From Macrostomum lignano (taxonomy: Eukaryota): 64,000 bases of DNA. The notes beneath the pieces were generated by a model. The model searched no databases. It had not been told where the DNA came from and saw nothing but the letters and a program-made list of their open reading frames with translations. Position numbers and translations under genes: made by a program. The stretch covers positions 372,001 through 436,000 of the forward strand of contig NIVC01000059.1 of NCBI GenBank assembly GCA_002269645.1, written 5' to 3'. Below, piece by piece: positions 49,301 through 63,600 of the stretch (position 1 is the stretch's first letter; every line of letters begins with the position of its first letter).

Positions 49301-52300
49301 TATTTAGAGACTGCATCTTAGATCTGACAGTGCAACTAAGAAAAAAAACTTAGGCATTATAGAAGACCTCTAGTATTTTTCAAAAACAGTTTAGGGAAAG
49401 TGTTTTGCAAAAGTTTGTTTATGGCAAAAACTAGGCCTAACCATGTCAAGATTGTTACTAATCACTTGGATACATTTGAGTACATACCTGAGTATTTTTT
49501 ACTTATTTGGTAGCATTTTTATTCTATACTAATAGCATTATTATATGTCAGTCTAGAAAATGTCAATCTATTTTGGCATCAGTCAAATAGTCTGGTATAT
49601 TTTAGTTGCTCAAAATGTGTGGGCGCCCTATGAGATAAAGTTTTTAGAATGATTCTTTTTATATTTCTTAGTAGTTGACTAAGTATTGAATTGCCCAGTC
49701 CTTAGACAAAACAAAAATTAGAGGGTCATAGTCTTCTCAATACTATATGTAATGACTCAGACTAGCTATTTAGTTTGGCGAGAGAAATGTACACTATACA
49801 TGTATTTCCAAGACCCCTTTGATCTCCCTTGTATTATTACATATTAGTAGTATATATGGTATAATTTCCTTCTACTCAAAATATAAGTCTCAAACAATAT
49901 CCAAGTCTTTAAGTATATGAAGTTAAAAGGTTGCAGAAAAGCTAGAGGATAAAAAGTTTCAAAAAGGTTAGTTGGCTCACTAGCCAGATTGTGCCTATTT
50001 ATAATATTTTTAGTATTTAGTCAATTTTTATTTTGAGACACCATAACGATTTTAATAAATGAGCATTATAACAAAATTACAGATAAAAATTATTTTTATT
50101 TAATTTTTATGCATGTTTTTAATCTGAATATTATATAACATTAGCAAAATTAAACAAAATAGTTTAATATTATTATTGACAGTTAAGGATTAGGCCTACA
50201 GCAAACATCATTTGAGTAAACTAAAATTAGCACTCGCACAATGTCTAGTCTATTTTGTTAGATTAAGCAGTTGATTATGTTAGCTTCAGTAACTCTAAAA
50301 GAACTATATGCTTGTGTATGCTTTAATCTCAGATTTTTTATGTACTTTAATTTCAGTATATCTATTTTATTGAGATTGTCTTTAAAACTCCTATACTAGC
50401 TTGCGTTTTTATTTGCTCTTTTTCATTCCTGGTTGCCAGGCAGCAAAGCCGACTAATTCGGTCATCCCACTGCCCCGCGGTGGCCCTGTTGCCAGCAGGC
50501 TGCCTGCCCCCTCTGTCGCGCATAATCGGCGCTCCCTACTGGCGGCGCCAAATTCGGCTAGCGGCGCGTCGGCATCGGCGTCGCTTCAGATGACAGTCTC
50601 ATCGCCGCCTGACGCCCTACGCCAGATGCTTGGCAATAACAGTAACAACTGCAGCAGCGGCTACCGCAATAGACTAAGCCAGCGTCAGCGAAAGGGCACA
50701 TTCTGTGTTGAACCGCCTGCGCCGCCTACTGACGAGGATTTTAGCGAAATTCAGCGAGCTGTGTTTGCCGCCGATGATGCTGTTGGTAAGTGTTCAGTTC
50801 AATATAGTTTCGAGTTAGTTGGTCTTCTAAGTGTACGTTGTTTTCTCCGGCTTTACGTGGGTCTTCTGGTTGTACGTTGTTTTTCCAGCTTTACGTAGCT
50901 TTTCCCGGTTTACGTTGTTTTCCGGGTTTGAGTTGTTTTTCGCGTTTAATTTGTTTTCAGAGTTCTACCGCAAACCAAAATTTTCCCGTATCAATATCCG
51001 AGTAGATTTGTATCCGTAATCTTATAATTCATTTCTGGTAGCTTCCTATAACTTTTAATGACGTTAAATCCAGTAGAAACAGGCCCAGGGCCCCCTTGTA
51101 GCTGGCGGCATACATGTGCAACCTCCAAAATTCGGTCGGCCGTGCGACTTAGTTTTAAGAAAAAATGTGACAGTTTTTGGCCAAAAATGTGACTTACATG
51201 TAAAAGAAACCCTAAAGCAAACTTAATGCAACTTTGGGTAAATGGCAGGAGTAACTTTGACTGTCTTATTAAGGCAAAATGCCTCATTATCTACTTAGTG
51301 CTACTTGGGTATTTATTCGGGTGGGCATTTTTGCGACTTACATTGGTTGGCCGCCAAATCGGTCGGCCGACTCGGCCGACTGTTGCGCATGTATGGCTGG
51401 CGATGATGGCGTCCTTTTTTCTTTGATAAATGCTTTAAATGAACGGAGATTAAATCCAAAACAGGAAAGAAGACAGGAGTTTCAGAGAACAAAAGCATAG
51501 AAGTTACATGGCCAACTTCATACTATCAGCTCTGATCGTCACCAAAAAAGGTTCTCACCGCCCTCAGTTTGCTCAGTATGGCGCCCCTCAAGTGTATATT
51601 GTGGCGCCCCCAACCTTAAAGTTAAAATCCACCCCATCTCATTTTATATTTCTGAATATTTTAGCCTCTAAGTATTACTGAATACAGAAAAGTGCATACC
51701 TGTATGTGCTGTCTAATAACCTGGTAATCCGTAACTTACCGCAGCTGCGGCGAAGCTGTAGTTGTTTCTTTCCGGGTTTACGTATTTTTTCCGGGTTTAC
51801 GTATTTTTTTCCGGGTTTACGTATTTTTTCCGGGTTTAAATTGTTATTTACCTCGACTCTAAACTGTTATTTGTTTTTTAAGCTTTGTTTCTTGCTAGCA
51901 GTATTTTCTCCATTAGATTTAAACATTTGTTTGGATGTTTTTATTTTCCGGGTTTGCATCTTATTAGTTCGTTATAATACAAATGGAATCCGTTTTACGT
52001 GTTTTACTACTGAGCTGTACCTCTGTAACTTCTAATTTAGAATATGAACAATTGTTTTCTTGAATTATCGGTACGTTTAATTTTAAAACGTACTACTGAC
52101 TAGCAGTAATCAATTAAGAGACGAAATCCAACTAGAGAAAGAAAAAAAGCCGTTTAAATTATTTATGTGTGCAGAATTTGGCATACAGCTGTGCTGACAG
52201 TAAAGCTGCGCTATTTGCTATGCCATTGCTGCCCGCCTGATCTGATACAACAGTTGGGTAAGAGACTAAAACCTGGGGAAGTATTACAGGAGTATAAAAG

Positions 52301-55300
52301 AGAAAGATCTAGGGGTTGAGGGGTAGCTAATCCGCACCGTCACCTCCACCCACCCCTCACCGCCTGAGCAGGGTAGAGCACAGGGGCATTATCTGTGAGT
52401 CAGATATTGGTTGGTCAGGTTAAGCAAGTATATGAATGAATGACTGTCTAATCCTGCTAATCCTGTACGAAAAAAAGCGCCTAGTATGAACCAAAATTAA
52501 TCTACATGCAATCTTAACAGTTGAAATGAATCGAAGGCCATCTTTGACAACGGTGAAACCGACGGCATCAACTACTGCGTCCAGGGTAGCCCCCGTATCT
52601 GCATTGAAAGTGCCTAGTAAAACCGGCGCTAAAACGGCAATTGGCGCCAAATCAGATAATGGCGCTAAAACGGCGATTGGCACCAAAACGGCAATCGGCG
52701 CCAGAACGGTAATTGGCGCCAAAACAAATAATGGCGCCAAAACGGCAATTGGCGCCAAAACAGATAATGGTGCTAAAACGGCGATTGGCGCCAAAACGGC
52801 AATCGGCGCCAGAACGGCAATTGGCGCCAAAACAGATAATGGCGGTAAAACGACGATTGGCTCCAAAACGGCAATTGGCGCCAAAGCAGATAATGGCGCT
52901 AAAACGACGATTGGCGCCAAAGATAATCCGTCTGGCGCTAAAACTGCGATTGGCGCTGACAAGCCTGCGACCAGCGCTAAGACTGTAAGCGGCGGCGCCA
53001 GAACTTCTACAGCCGATTTGGGCGCCAGTATCAGCAAGTCGTCTGTGTCCCAGGCTTCTTCCCGCAAGTCGTCTATTGCTTCTACCTCCAGTGAGTTTTG
53101 CTGCTCTTGTTGCTCAAAATCCTCAGTTGCTGGGCCTCCCAGAGTGTCAGTTGCTGGGCTATAATGCTTACTCACCCCATACAACGCAGCCCGCAGCTCA
53201 GTGGCTGACAGACAGGCCTCAAGCAAGCAGCAAGTCAGGAAGCATCAGACGGCAGCCTCTGCTACCAGTGACAGGACGCAGCGATCAACGCTGGCGTCTA
53301 GCATAGGAGCTTCAACATCGGGCCCAGTTAAGTCAAACAACGTCCCATCGAAGGCGCCAGCCACGAGTTCTAAACAAATAAATGGAAGCAGACGGGTAAG
53401 TCATACTCGTATGTCCTGAACTGTCTACTTAGAATTTTTTGTCAGTAGCTCGGTGCGAAAGTCTAATATCTCAAATTCAGAAATCTAATCTCTCAGATTC
53501 AGCAATCTAATCTCTCAGATTGACAAATCTAATCTCAGATTGACAAATCTAATCTCATATTGACAAATCTAATCTCATATTGACAAATCTAATCTCTCAG
53601 ATTGATAAATCTTATCTCTCAGATTGATAAATCTAATCTCTCAGATTGATAGATCTAATCTCTCAGATTCAGAAATCTATATCCGTCTTCATCCTCACGC
53701 AGCCGTCTGTGAACGCGTCTTCATCGTCGACCGCAGCCAATCGACGGGATTCGCTGACGGCCTCTCTGGCTTCCGGCCGCAGCACGCCGTCTGCGGCCTC
53801 TGCAGCCTCGGCCTCGGCGCTGGCCGCCGCCGCTATTGAATCGGCCGCCGCAGCAGCCGCCGCCGAAGCTGAGAAAGAGGCCGCCTTGTTGGCCGCATCG
53901 GATGCGCGATCGGCTAGAGACGCCGCTCTTGCCGAGTGTCGCCGACTCGCCCTGACGGTTGAATCTCTCGCCGTTGTGTGCGGCTATGCTGCCAGAATCG
54001 ACGGATTCAATGCGCCACTGTGGCGTCGGGCTGTTGAACACCTGCGGCGTCAGCTGGAAGCGCAGCGGTTGGAGTTGACTGAACGAGCCAAGTTGGAGAT
54101 CGAGTCAGTTAGGACTGCGCATGCTGAGCAGGTGAGGCTTGGATTAGTGTGAGAAGTGAGATGGGCAGGTGAGAGGAGAGATGGGCAGGTGAGAGGAGAG
54201 ATCGGCAGGTGAGAGGACAGATGGGCAGGTGAGAGGAGAGATGGGCAGGTGAGAGGAGAGATGGGCAGGTGAGAGGAGAGATGGGCAGGTGAGAGGAGAG
54301 ATGGGCAGGTGAGAGGAGAGATCGGCAGGTGAGAGGAGAGATCGGCAGGTGAGAGGACAGATGGGCAGGTGAGAGGAGAGATGGGCAGGTGAGAGGAGAG
54401 ATCGGCAGGTGAGAGGACAGATGGGCAGGTGAGAGGAGAGATCGGCAGGTGAGAGGACAGATGGGCAGGTGAGAGGAGAGATCGGCAGGTGAGAGGACAG
54501 ATGGGCAGGTGAGAGGAGAGATCGGCAGGTGAGAGGACAGATGGGCAGGTGAGAGGAGAGATCGGCAGGTGAGAGGAGAGATCGGCAGGTGAGAGGAGAG
54601 ATCGGCAGGTGAGAGGAGAGATCGGCAGGTGAGAGGAGAGATGGGCAGGTGAGAGGAGAGATGGGCAGGTGAGAGGACAGATGGGCAGGTGAGAGGAGAG
54701 ATCGGCAGGTGAGAAGACAGATGGGCAGGTGAGAGGAGAGATCGGCAGGTGAGAGGACAGATGGGCAGGTGAGAGGAGAGATCGGCAGGTGAGAGGAGAG
54801 ATGGGCAGGTGAGAGGAGAGATGGGCAGGTGAGAGTAGAGATGGGAAGGTGAGAGGTGATATGGGCAGGTGAGAGGAGAGATGGGCAGGTGAGACGATAG
54901 ATAGGCAGGTTAGAATAGAGATGGGCAGGTGAGAGGAGAGATGGGCAGGTGAGAGTAGAGATGGGCAGGTGAGAGGTGATATGGGCAGGTGAGAGGAGAG
55001 ATGGGCAGGTGAGTGTAGAGATGGGCAGGTGAGAGGAGAGAGGCAGGTGAGACAATAGATGAGCAGGTTAGAGTAGAGGTGGGCAGGTGAGAGTAGAGAT
55101 GGGCAGGTGAGAGTAGAGATGGGCAGGTGAGAGGAGAGGTGGGCAGATGAGAGTAGAGATGGGCAGGTGAGAGGAGGTTTAAAATAAACGCATAATTTTG
55201 TACTTTTTAATTGCCTCACTCCGCAGTTGTCTGCCTTGGCCCAGCAGCATCAGACAACGCTGGATCAGCAGCAGGCTCTCCACAGCCAAGAATTGCAATC

Positions 55301-56773
55301 CATTGCCGAGCAGAATTCTAAAGCAATGCATGGTAAAAAAAAGTGTTCATATTGCTACTTTTCTCAGTAGCTGTATTAGCAAATATGCGAATACATTCTG
55401 ATTAAATTTTCAGATTCCGAGCAGCGTCACGAGGTCAAACTAAGCGATCAGGCCAGCAAATTCGAGGCGGCTATTGCCGAACTGCAGTCCCAGCTGTCTA
55501 TGACCCAGTTTGAGTCCGCCTCGCTCAAGGAGAAGGTCTACGCTTCCGATGCAAAAATTCTGGTAAGTTTTGCTGTTAGTGTATAAAAATTGCTTTGCAA
55601 AGTTTTTTTCGCTACATGTCGGCTGTGTGAAAAAATCAAGTTTTCGCCAATTAAATTATGCTTTATTAATTTTGTTTTATAATTTTCAGGAGATCACGGA
55701 AGAATTTCAACAGAAACTGTCTGCGAAGACTCAACCTACTGAATCGAAAGCTGTATCAACTGATTTGGAATTTCATTCGCTTAGTATGGAAGTTTGTGCC
55801 GAAGAATTGCAAGAATCTTATAGTGAGATTTTAGAATCTCACCCGGTGAAATCGGAATCTCACCCAGAGAAATTGGATTCTCATCTAGAGAAATCGGAAT
55901 CTCACCAAGAAAAATCGGAGTCTCACCAAGAAAAATCGGAATCTCATCCTGAGAAATCTGAATCTCACCAAGACAAATCGGAATCTCACCCAGAGAAATC
56001 GGAATCTCATCCCGAGAAGTCGGAGTCTCACCAAGAAAAATCGGAATCTCATCCTGAGAAGTCGGAATCTCACCCAAAGAAATCGGAATCTCATCCTGAA
56101 AAGTCGGAATCTCAGACTAAGGATCCAGATTTCCCAATGCCCCTGTGTGAATCGATCGCTGAGACTCCGGAATCCTCTATCCAGTTGAGACACGGCGGCA
56201 GTGTCAGGAGCTCAGCCAGTTCAACCAATCAGCGCCAGTCTCAGGCCCGGGTTTCGTCTGTCCTCGACGGAGATGAGCGTCCAATCGCTCCTCTGGTGCA
56301 AATGCAGTCGCCATCGGGTTCTGCCGTCAGCGCTTTGCAAGCTGAAGTGGCCGAATTACAGGTGAAATATTTTAATTATTATCAATGACACTTGACTTTA
56401 AGTAGGGATTTCCCTTTCGGGGTTTTACCTACACCATGAAATTCCCATTCAGGGGTTTCCATACCACAATTTATTATCTATTCGGTATTTCCTGCCAAAA
56501 TGGATTTCCTATTCGGAGGTTTCCCTGCAACAATAGATTTCCCGTTCGTGGTTTTCCCCGCGACAATGGATTTTTCCATTTAAGGGTTTCCACTACACGA
56601 TAGATTTCCCGTTCAGGGTTTCCCTGACACAATGGATTTCCCATTTGGGGGTTTCCCCTACACTATAGATTTCCCGTTCGGGGTTTCCCTGACACAATGG
56701 ATTTCCCATTTGGGGGTTTCCCCTACACTATAGATTTCCCGTTCGGGGTTTCCCTGACACAATGGATTTCCCA
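39301..56773 (+). repeat. Tandem segmental duplication, copy 2 (empty transposon site at 47091-47097)
   Basis: Starts AGCACTGTACTATAGC (= 15740) after an 11-nt filler CTGGATTTCCC; continues into unique sequence after 56773. Confidence 0.95.
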
Positions 56774-58806
56774 TTTGGGGATTTCCCCTACACTATAGAT
56801 TTCCCGTTCGGGGTTTCCCTGACACAGTGGATTTCCCATTTGGGGGTTTCCCCTACACTAAAGATTTCCCGTTCTGGGTTTCCCTGACACAATGGATTTC
56901 CCATTTGGGGGTTCCCCCTACACTATAGATTTCCCGTTCGGGGTTTCCCCTACACTATAGATTTCCCGTTCGGGGTTTCCCCTACACTATAGATTTCCCG
57001 TTCGGGGTTCCCCCTACACTATATATTTCCCGTTCGGGGTTTTCCTGACACAATGGATTTTCCATTAAGTGTTTTCCCCTACAAAATGGATTTCCCATTT
57101 GTGGGGTTTACCTTTAACTGCTCATATTTTACTCATACTACTTTCTAACTACTATTTTAAGGCCGCCTTAGCCAGCTATCGCAACCTGCCAGACGAGATC
57201 GCCTCGTTAAAGTCGGTGCTGGAGCTGCGGACTCGTGAAGTGTCCGAGCAGCGCAAGCAGCGAATGGAGGCTGAGGAGCGGCTGGCCGGGATGAAGGAGA
57301 TGCGCGAGAAGGCTGTGCAGATGCAGTGCAAGATTGAGAATCTGGAAGCTATACTGGCTATGAAGACTGAGAATGAGAAGTAAGTTTTCCACTGTAAGGA
57401 TTTCCAAATTTTAAGGAAGCTAAATGACTGGCCTCAATCTACTCACCTGTCCAGGCTGCTCCACGAGAAGCATCAGATGTTGCTCCGCAAATTCGATCAG
57501 GAGTACAAGGCCAAGAGTCGGCTCAGCATGAACTACGAGGAATTGAAATTTAAAATGGAAACACTTGAGCAAAATTATATGAGCCAGAGTATGGCCGCTA
57601 TGTGAGTGCTGCTTTCTAAGAAATTCTTGATTGATAAGGGGCTGCTTGGAAAAGTGACAGCTGAGTGACAACCAGAGTGAAAGATGCGAGTAGAGAGTGT
57701 GAAAAAATGACAGAAAGGCGAGTAGGTAAAGTGGCAATGGATTGACAGGAATTACACGTGGAAAGAGTGACAATGGAGTGACAGAACTAGGAGTAGGTAG
57801 AGTGAGAATGGAGTGACAGAAATACGATTAGGTAGAGTGAGAATGGAGTGAGAGAACTAATAGTAGGTAGAGTGACAATGGAGTGACAGAAATACGAGTA
57901 GGTAGAGTGAGAATGGAGTGACAGAACTAGGAGTAGGTAGAGTGAGAATGGAGTGACAGAACTAGGAGTAGGTAGAGTGACAATGAAGTGACAGAACTAG
58001 GAGTAGGTAGAGTGAAAATGGAGTGACAGAACTAGGAGTAGGTAGAGTGACAATCTAGTGACAGAACTAGGAGTAGGTAGAGTGAGAATGGAGTGACAGA
58101 AATACGATTAGGTAGAGTGAGAATGGAGTGAGAGAACTAATAGTAGGTAGAGTGACAATGGAGTGACAGAAATACGAGTAGGTAGAGTGAGAATGGAGTG
58201 ACAGAACTAGGAGTAGGTAGAGTGACAATGAAGTGACAGAACTAGGAGTAGGTAGAGTGAAAATGGAGTGACAGAACTAGGAGTAGGTAGAGTGACAATG
58301 GAGTGACAGAAATATGAGTAGATAGAGTGACAATGGAGTGACAGTAATACGATTAGGTAGGGTGAGAATTGAGTGACAGAACTAGGAATAGGTAGAGTGA
58401 CCATGGAGTGACAGAACTAGGAGTAGGTAGAGTGAGAATGGAGTGAGAGAACTAGGAGTAGGTGGTGACAGATGCGAGTTAAGAGAGTGATAATGTAACC
58501 TGTAGCAAGAGTGACATCGGAGTGACAAAGATCCAGGCTCAGGGTTGTTGAGGCGCAGAGTGACATGCATTCTTTATGCTATTCACTGACAAAAATCTCT
58601 AAATCGCATTTTGCAGCTCTCTATCAGACACGCCGCCTCTGCCATCGGGCGAAAATCATTCGCAGCAGCAGCAGCAAGCGACCTCCCTATCAGGCGTGAT
58701 GACGCGGTCCCTGTATCGCGGCATCAGACACGATCGGGAGAAGCGCAAAACCATCGCCACTGCCGCCGCGGCTTGGCACAGTGCCAGCGGAGACAGTGCA
58801 GGTTAA
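50440..58806 (+). CDS. MTUS1-like: MTUS1/MTUS2/CCDC69-family microtubule-associated coiled-coil protein, >=1,010 aa; exons 50440-50785, 52521-53090, 53190-53395, 53703-54131, 55227-55332, 55414-55562, 55690-56361, 57162-57379, 57455-57601, 58617-58806; start exon not identified
   Basis: All splice phases are compatible, ending at TAA 58804-58806. EIASLKSVLELRTREV and EYKAKSRLSMNYEELKFKM resemble the MTUS/CCDC69 C-terminal motifs as I recall them (ELESLKAVLEIKNE; ESKVNKRLSMENEELLWKL). VESLAVVCGY resembles FEALAVVIQH. SVIP and SRLP (SxIP-like EB-binding motifs) occur in exon A. Confidence 0.75.
56400..57110. repeat. Intronic 32/33-bp alternating minisatellite GATTTCCC...GGGGTTTCCC (truncated copy at 38920-39300)
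   Basis: Tandem periodicity; the duplication breakpoint lies within it. Confidence 0.92.
57765..58465. repeat. Intronic 35-bp minisatellite GGAGTGACAGAACTAGGAGTAGGTAGAGTGAGAAT
   Basis: Tandem periodicity. Confidence 0.95.
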
Positions 58807-59462
58807 AATATAAAACGAGAGTTTCTTTTAAGAAACCGCTAATTGCTACTGTTCAGTAGTATAAATCTGGCCCTAAATAGATTTTTTGCACTGGACTTGC
58901 ATTTACCAGTATCTGGAGACTAAATAGAAATCGTGTTGTTTGCTTTTCTTCTGCAATAACTATATTTATTTATATTGTTTTATTCAATTTAGACTGCAAT
59001 ATGTTTGCTTGCCTACTATTGGAGCTTCAAACAGTAGTTTAATTCGAATGCTGCGCGCGGAGATTATTTTAATAATTGCACGCAGCAGTCTAGTCAGTGT
59101 TATGTCTAGCTTACTGTTTTTTACTAACCTGCTTGGATCGCTTTGTTTTACTTTCCCTGCTCCTTCGAATTCTTCAACTTTTTTAATAGTCCTTAAAGCT
59201 GCTTTATATGCATAGAATTATGCCATATTAGGATAACTCCTGCTAAATGTATATTTTTTGAAGTTTTCAAACTAATTAATTTTGCTCCTCCCCAGCTTTA
59301 CATGTTCTGCCAATCATCCTGGCTTTGGCCTTCTCATACAAGTTGCTGTGACACTTTAGATGGTTCTGAATTAATATTTTTCTGAAGCCTTTTATCATTG
59401 TGACAGTTTTATACAGTTCAGTGCAGGCTGTCATTTGCAATATATGTGTAATTCATTTTTTA

Positions 59463-60078
59463 CTGTCCTTTGTAGGGCTGCCACTATCACCGTGGTCCTT
59501 TGTAGGGCTGCCACTATCACTGCGGTCCTTTGTAGGGCTGCCACTATCACTGCGGTCCTTTGTAGGGCTGCCACTATCACTGCGGTCCTTTGTAGGGCTG
59601 CCACTATCACTGCGGTCCTTTGTAGGGCTGCCACTATCACTGCGGTCCTTTGTAGGGCTGCCACTATCACTGCGGTCCTTTGTAGGGCTGCCACTATCAC
59701 TGTGGTCCTTTGTAGGGCTGCCACTATCACTGCGGTCCTTTGTAGCGCTGCCACTATCACTGTGGTCCTTTGTAGGGCTGCCACTATCACTGCGGTCCTT
59801 TGTAGGGCTGCCACTATCACTGCGGTCCTTTGTAGGGCTGCCACTATCACTGCGGTCCTTTGTAGGGCTGCCACTATCACTGCGGTCCTTTGTAGGGCTG
59901 CCACTATCACTGCGGTCCTTTGTAGGGCTGCCACTATCACTGCGGTCCTTTGTAGGGCTGCCACTATCACTGCGGTCCTTTGTAGGGCTGCCACTATCAC
60001 TGCGGTCCTTTGTAGGGCTGCCACTATCACTGCGGTCCTTTGTAGGGCTGCCACTATCACTGCGGTCCTTTGTAGGCC
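59463..60078. repeat. 30-bp minisatellite TCCTTTGTAGGGCTGCCACTATCACTGCGG
   Basis: About 20 nearly perfect units. Confidence 0.97.
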
Positions 60079-60612
60079 TGTCATCACTGTGTTCGTTTGT
60101 GAGGCAGCGCATTCTGTATGACAGCCAAAAACAAAAGTTAATGGGACAATCAATCCGTAAGCTGACTGCAACAGACCAGAAGTCAGTCTTTAATCTCGCA
60201 CTTGCCTTTTTCTATTCTGTACTACGTCGCTAATATTCAGTAATTCATAGAATTTAAATGAAATTCTATTTGAATTGCAAATTGGCTTTCAACAAAATTA
60301 AATATCATTTTCGTGCTGTTTTTTATTAATTAATTTTTTGCTTGTTTGTTGACTCTTACAGCTGAGAATTGGACCAAGATGTCTGCATTGGTGTAAAGTG
60401 TTGTAAAATTTTCTAATACATATTTTATTGTTCACTAACACTGTGTTTAAGCCCGTGTTAAAACAGTAGTTTAGCTGCGTTTTTAACGGAATTTTCATTT
60501 ATTAAATATAAACTAGATGCTTTTGTTTAATAAACGCACCACATTTCTTGAAAATACTGCCTCCGTTTAAAAACATGAGCTTTTTAGTTTCTTCTTCTGT
60601 CTATGCAGTCTT

Positions 60613-61288
60613 GGAGTGTTACAGATGGGTTTGCGGGCTGTTACTGAAGTGTTACAGATGGGTTTGCGGGCTGTTACTGAAGTGTTACAGATGGGTTTGC
60701 GGGCTGTTACTGAAGTGTTACAGATGGGTTTGCGGGCTGTTACTGAAGTGTTACAGATGGGTTTGCGGGCTGTTACTGAAGTGTTACAGATTTGATGGTG
60801 GGGTATTACTGAAGTGTTACAGATTTGATGGTGGGGTATTACTGAAGTGTTACAGATTTGATGGTGGGGTATTACTGAAGTGTTACAGATGTGATGGTGG
60901 GGTATTACTGAAGTGTTACAGATGTGATGGTGGGGTATTACTGAAGTGTTACAGATGTGATGGTGGGGTATTACTGAAGTGTTACAGATGTGATGGTGGG
61001 GTATTACTGAAGTGTTACAGATGTGATGGTGGGGTATTACTGAAGTGTTACAGATGTGATGGTGGGGTATTACTGAAGTGTTACAGATTTGATGGTGGGG
61101 TATTACTGAAGTGTTACAGATGTGATGGTGGGGTATTACTGAAGTGTTACAGATTTGATGGTGGGGTATTACTGAAGTGTTACAGATGTGATGGTGGGGT
61201 ATTACTGAAGTGTTACAGATTTGATGGTGGGGTATTACTGAAGTGTTACAGATGTGATGGTGGGGTATTACTGAAGTGTTACAGATAC
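60613..61288. repeat. 33-bp minisatellite with two sequence variants
   Basis: GTGTTACAGATGGGTTTGCGGGCTGTTACTGAA x5, then GTGTTACAGAT(T/G)TGATGGTGGGGTATTACTGAA x~15. Confidence 0.97.
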
Positions 61289-61959
61289 AAAGCATCCACA
61301 AAGAACAATGCCATGGCCATTTAGCTCAGTGACAACAAAGTGCACAAGAAGTTGATCTTTGCAGCACGAAATGGTTATTATATGGTAAAATTATATTTTT
61401 AGGTGGAATTCACGCGCCTATGTACATTTAAAATCGAACTGAACACAAAAGCACAAACATAAAACATAAAAAGCCAACTATAGAGCTGAACAAGCAAGGC
61501 CACTCTCGGTGTTGAGACCTGGATCTGGAAGCAGCTGGGCGGCTACGGATGGAGAATGAGCTAAAAGGAATTCTAGTATGTTGCCGGGACAAAAATGCCA
61601 ATAAAACTAAACGAAGGATTAATAAATGTTATTATTAACAGCTAACTGTGCAACTAGCAATGATTTGGGGAGTTAGCAAAGTGCGGGTCACAAACAAGGA
61701 ATGATGCCAGGTTCTGATCGGGCAAACAGCCTTCGATCATTATAGCTACTTTGATCGAATGCGACTCACACACACAGCAAGGTGCATGCACACATATTAC
61801 TCATAGTAGTGCAGTGGCTCAGCGGCACAAGAAACACTAAGCTGTGCAAAATCATCAAAATTTTGTTTATAGATATTTATAACAGAACAGAGAAAGCAGA
61901 AAATATTAAGCAAAAAGTTTGGTACAAAGCACGGCACCATAAATTATTCAGAGGCGATT

Positions 61960-62568
61960 CTCAGGGCAATCAGCTAGCTCAGGGATTATCCTGAGGGGCG
62001 ATTCTCAGCTCAGGGATTATCCTGAGGGGCGATTCTCAGCTCAGGGATTATCCTGAGGGGCGATTCTCAGCTCAGGGATTATCCTGAAGGGCGATTCTCA
62101 GCTCAGGGATTATTCTTAGGGGCGATTCTCAGCTCAGGGATTATCCTGAAGGGCGATTCTCAGCTCAGGGATTATCCTGAGGGGCGATTCTCAGCTCAGG
62201 GATTATCCTGAAGGGCGATTCTCAGCTCAGGGATTATTCTTAGGGGCGATTCTCAGCTCAGGGATTATCCTGAGGGGCGATTCTCAGCTCAGGGATTATC
62301 CTGAAGGGCGATTCTCAGCTCAGGGATTATCCTGAAGGGCGATTCTCAGCTCAGGGATTATTCTTAGGGGCGATTCTCAGCTCAGGGATTATCCTGAGGG
62401 GCGATTCTCAGCTCAGGGATTATCCTGAAGGGCGATTCTCAGCTCAGGGATTATCCTGAGGGGCGATTCTCAGCTCAGGGATTTTCCTGAAGGGCGATTC
62501 TCAGCTCAGGGATTATCCTGAGGGGCGATTCTCAGCTCAGGGACTATCCTGAGAGCGATTCTCAGCTA
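61960..62568. repeat. 31-bp minisatellite GGGCGATTCTCAGCTCAGGGATTATCCTGA(G/A)
   Basis: About 19 units. Confidence 0.97.
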
Positions 62569-63139
62569 GCCTTATCGAATGAGAGCACAATGACGATCAT
62601 AAAAAAGCATCAAAAAGTGCGCTGACGGGAAAGCAGATCAAATTTTCAAAAAGCAATACTGATACAAACAGCGCCTGCACAAGTCGCACCCAGCAGGGGA
62701 AGCGGCCCCTTTAGCAACTGGTGAGGTATAACTTATTAGTGTCAACCGTGTCAACAGGTGTTCACATCAGTAGTAAAACAAATTGCCGAATCAGAGCAAC
62801 GCAAAACTACCTGAAGCCTGCGACTCGAAAAAATCATAAAATTTAAAAACAACACCAATGGAATGAAAGCTGGCTCTCTTTCTAAGAAAGAAAAAAATGT
62901 TTTGAAACAGGTTAGTTCTGTTCGTAGCATTCCGCTTCTGCTTTGCTGGGAAACCAGCCCAGTGCGTGACGTGTCACTGTTCTCAGAAAATAACTGAAAT
63001 TGGCGACACTGTTGACAGAAATCCGGGTTTTTTAAAAAAAAACAATTTATGAGAAAAAAATGATTGAAATAATTTGCTTGAGTGATGCAGCGCTGAAGCT
63101 GTAACAGCAGAGTAGCATTCCCAAATTAAGTTTCTAGAT

Positions 63140-63600
63140 TTTCCCACACCCTACTCTCATTCCCCACACCCTACTCTGATTCCCCACACCCTACTCTGAT
63201 TCCCCACACCCTACTCTCATTCCCCACACCCTACTCTCATTCCCCACACCCTACTCTAATTCCCCACACCCTACTCTCATTCCCCACACCCTACTCTCAT
63301 TCCCCACACCCTACTCTGATTCCCCACACCCTACTCTCATTCCCCACACCCTACTCTCATTCCCTACACCCTACTCTCATTCCCCACACCCTACTCTCAT
63401 TCCCTACACCCTACTCTCATTCCCCACACCCTACTCTCATTCCCCACACCCTACTCTCATTCCCTACACCCTACTCTCATTCCCCACACCCTACTCTCAT
63501 TCCCTACACCCTACTCTCATTCCCCACACCCTACTCTCATGGGACCCACCCTACTCCCATTCCCCACACCCTATTCTCATTCCCCACACTTCCCACCCCA
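63140..63600. repeat. 20-bp minisatellite TCCCCACACCCTACTCTCAT
   Basis: About 23 units. Confidence 0.97.

Noticed and set aside
15740-56773. Helitron-mediated capture as the cause of the 17.5-kb duplication
   Set aside because: The duplicated gene lies beyond the elements' 5' end, not their 3' read-through side, and the breakpoints are not at TC/CTAG termini.
59400-61324. 220-277-aa ORFs over the 30-bp and 33-bp arrays
   Set aside because: Unit lengths are multiples of 3, so open frames on both strands are expected; no coding evidence.
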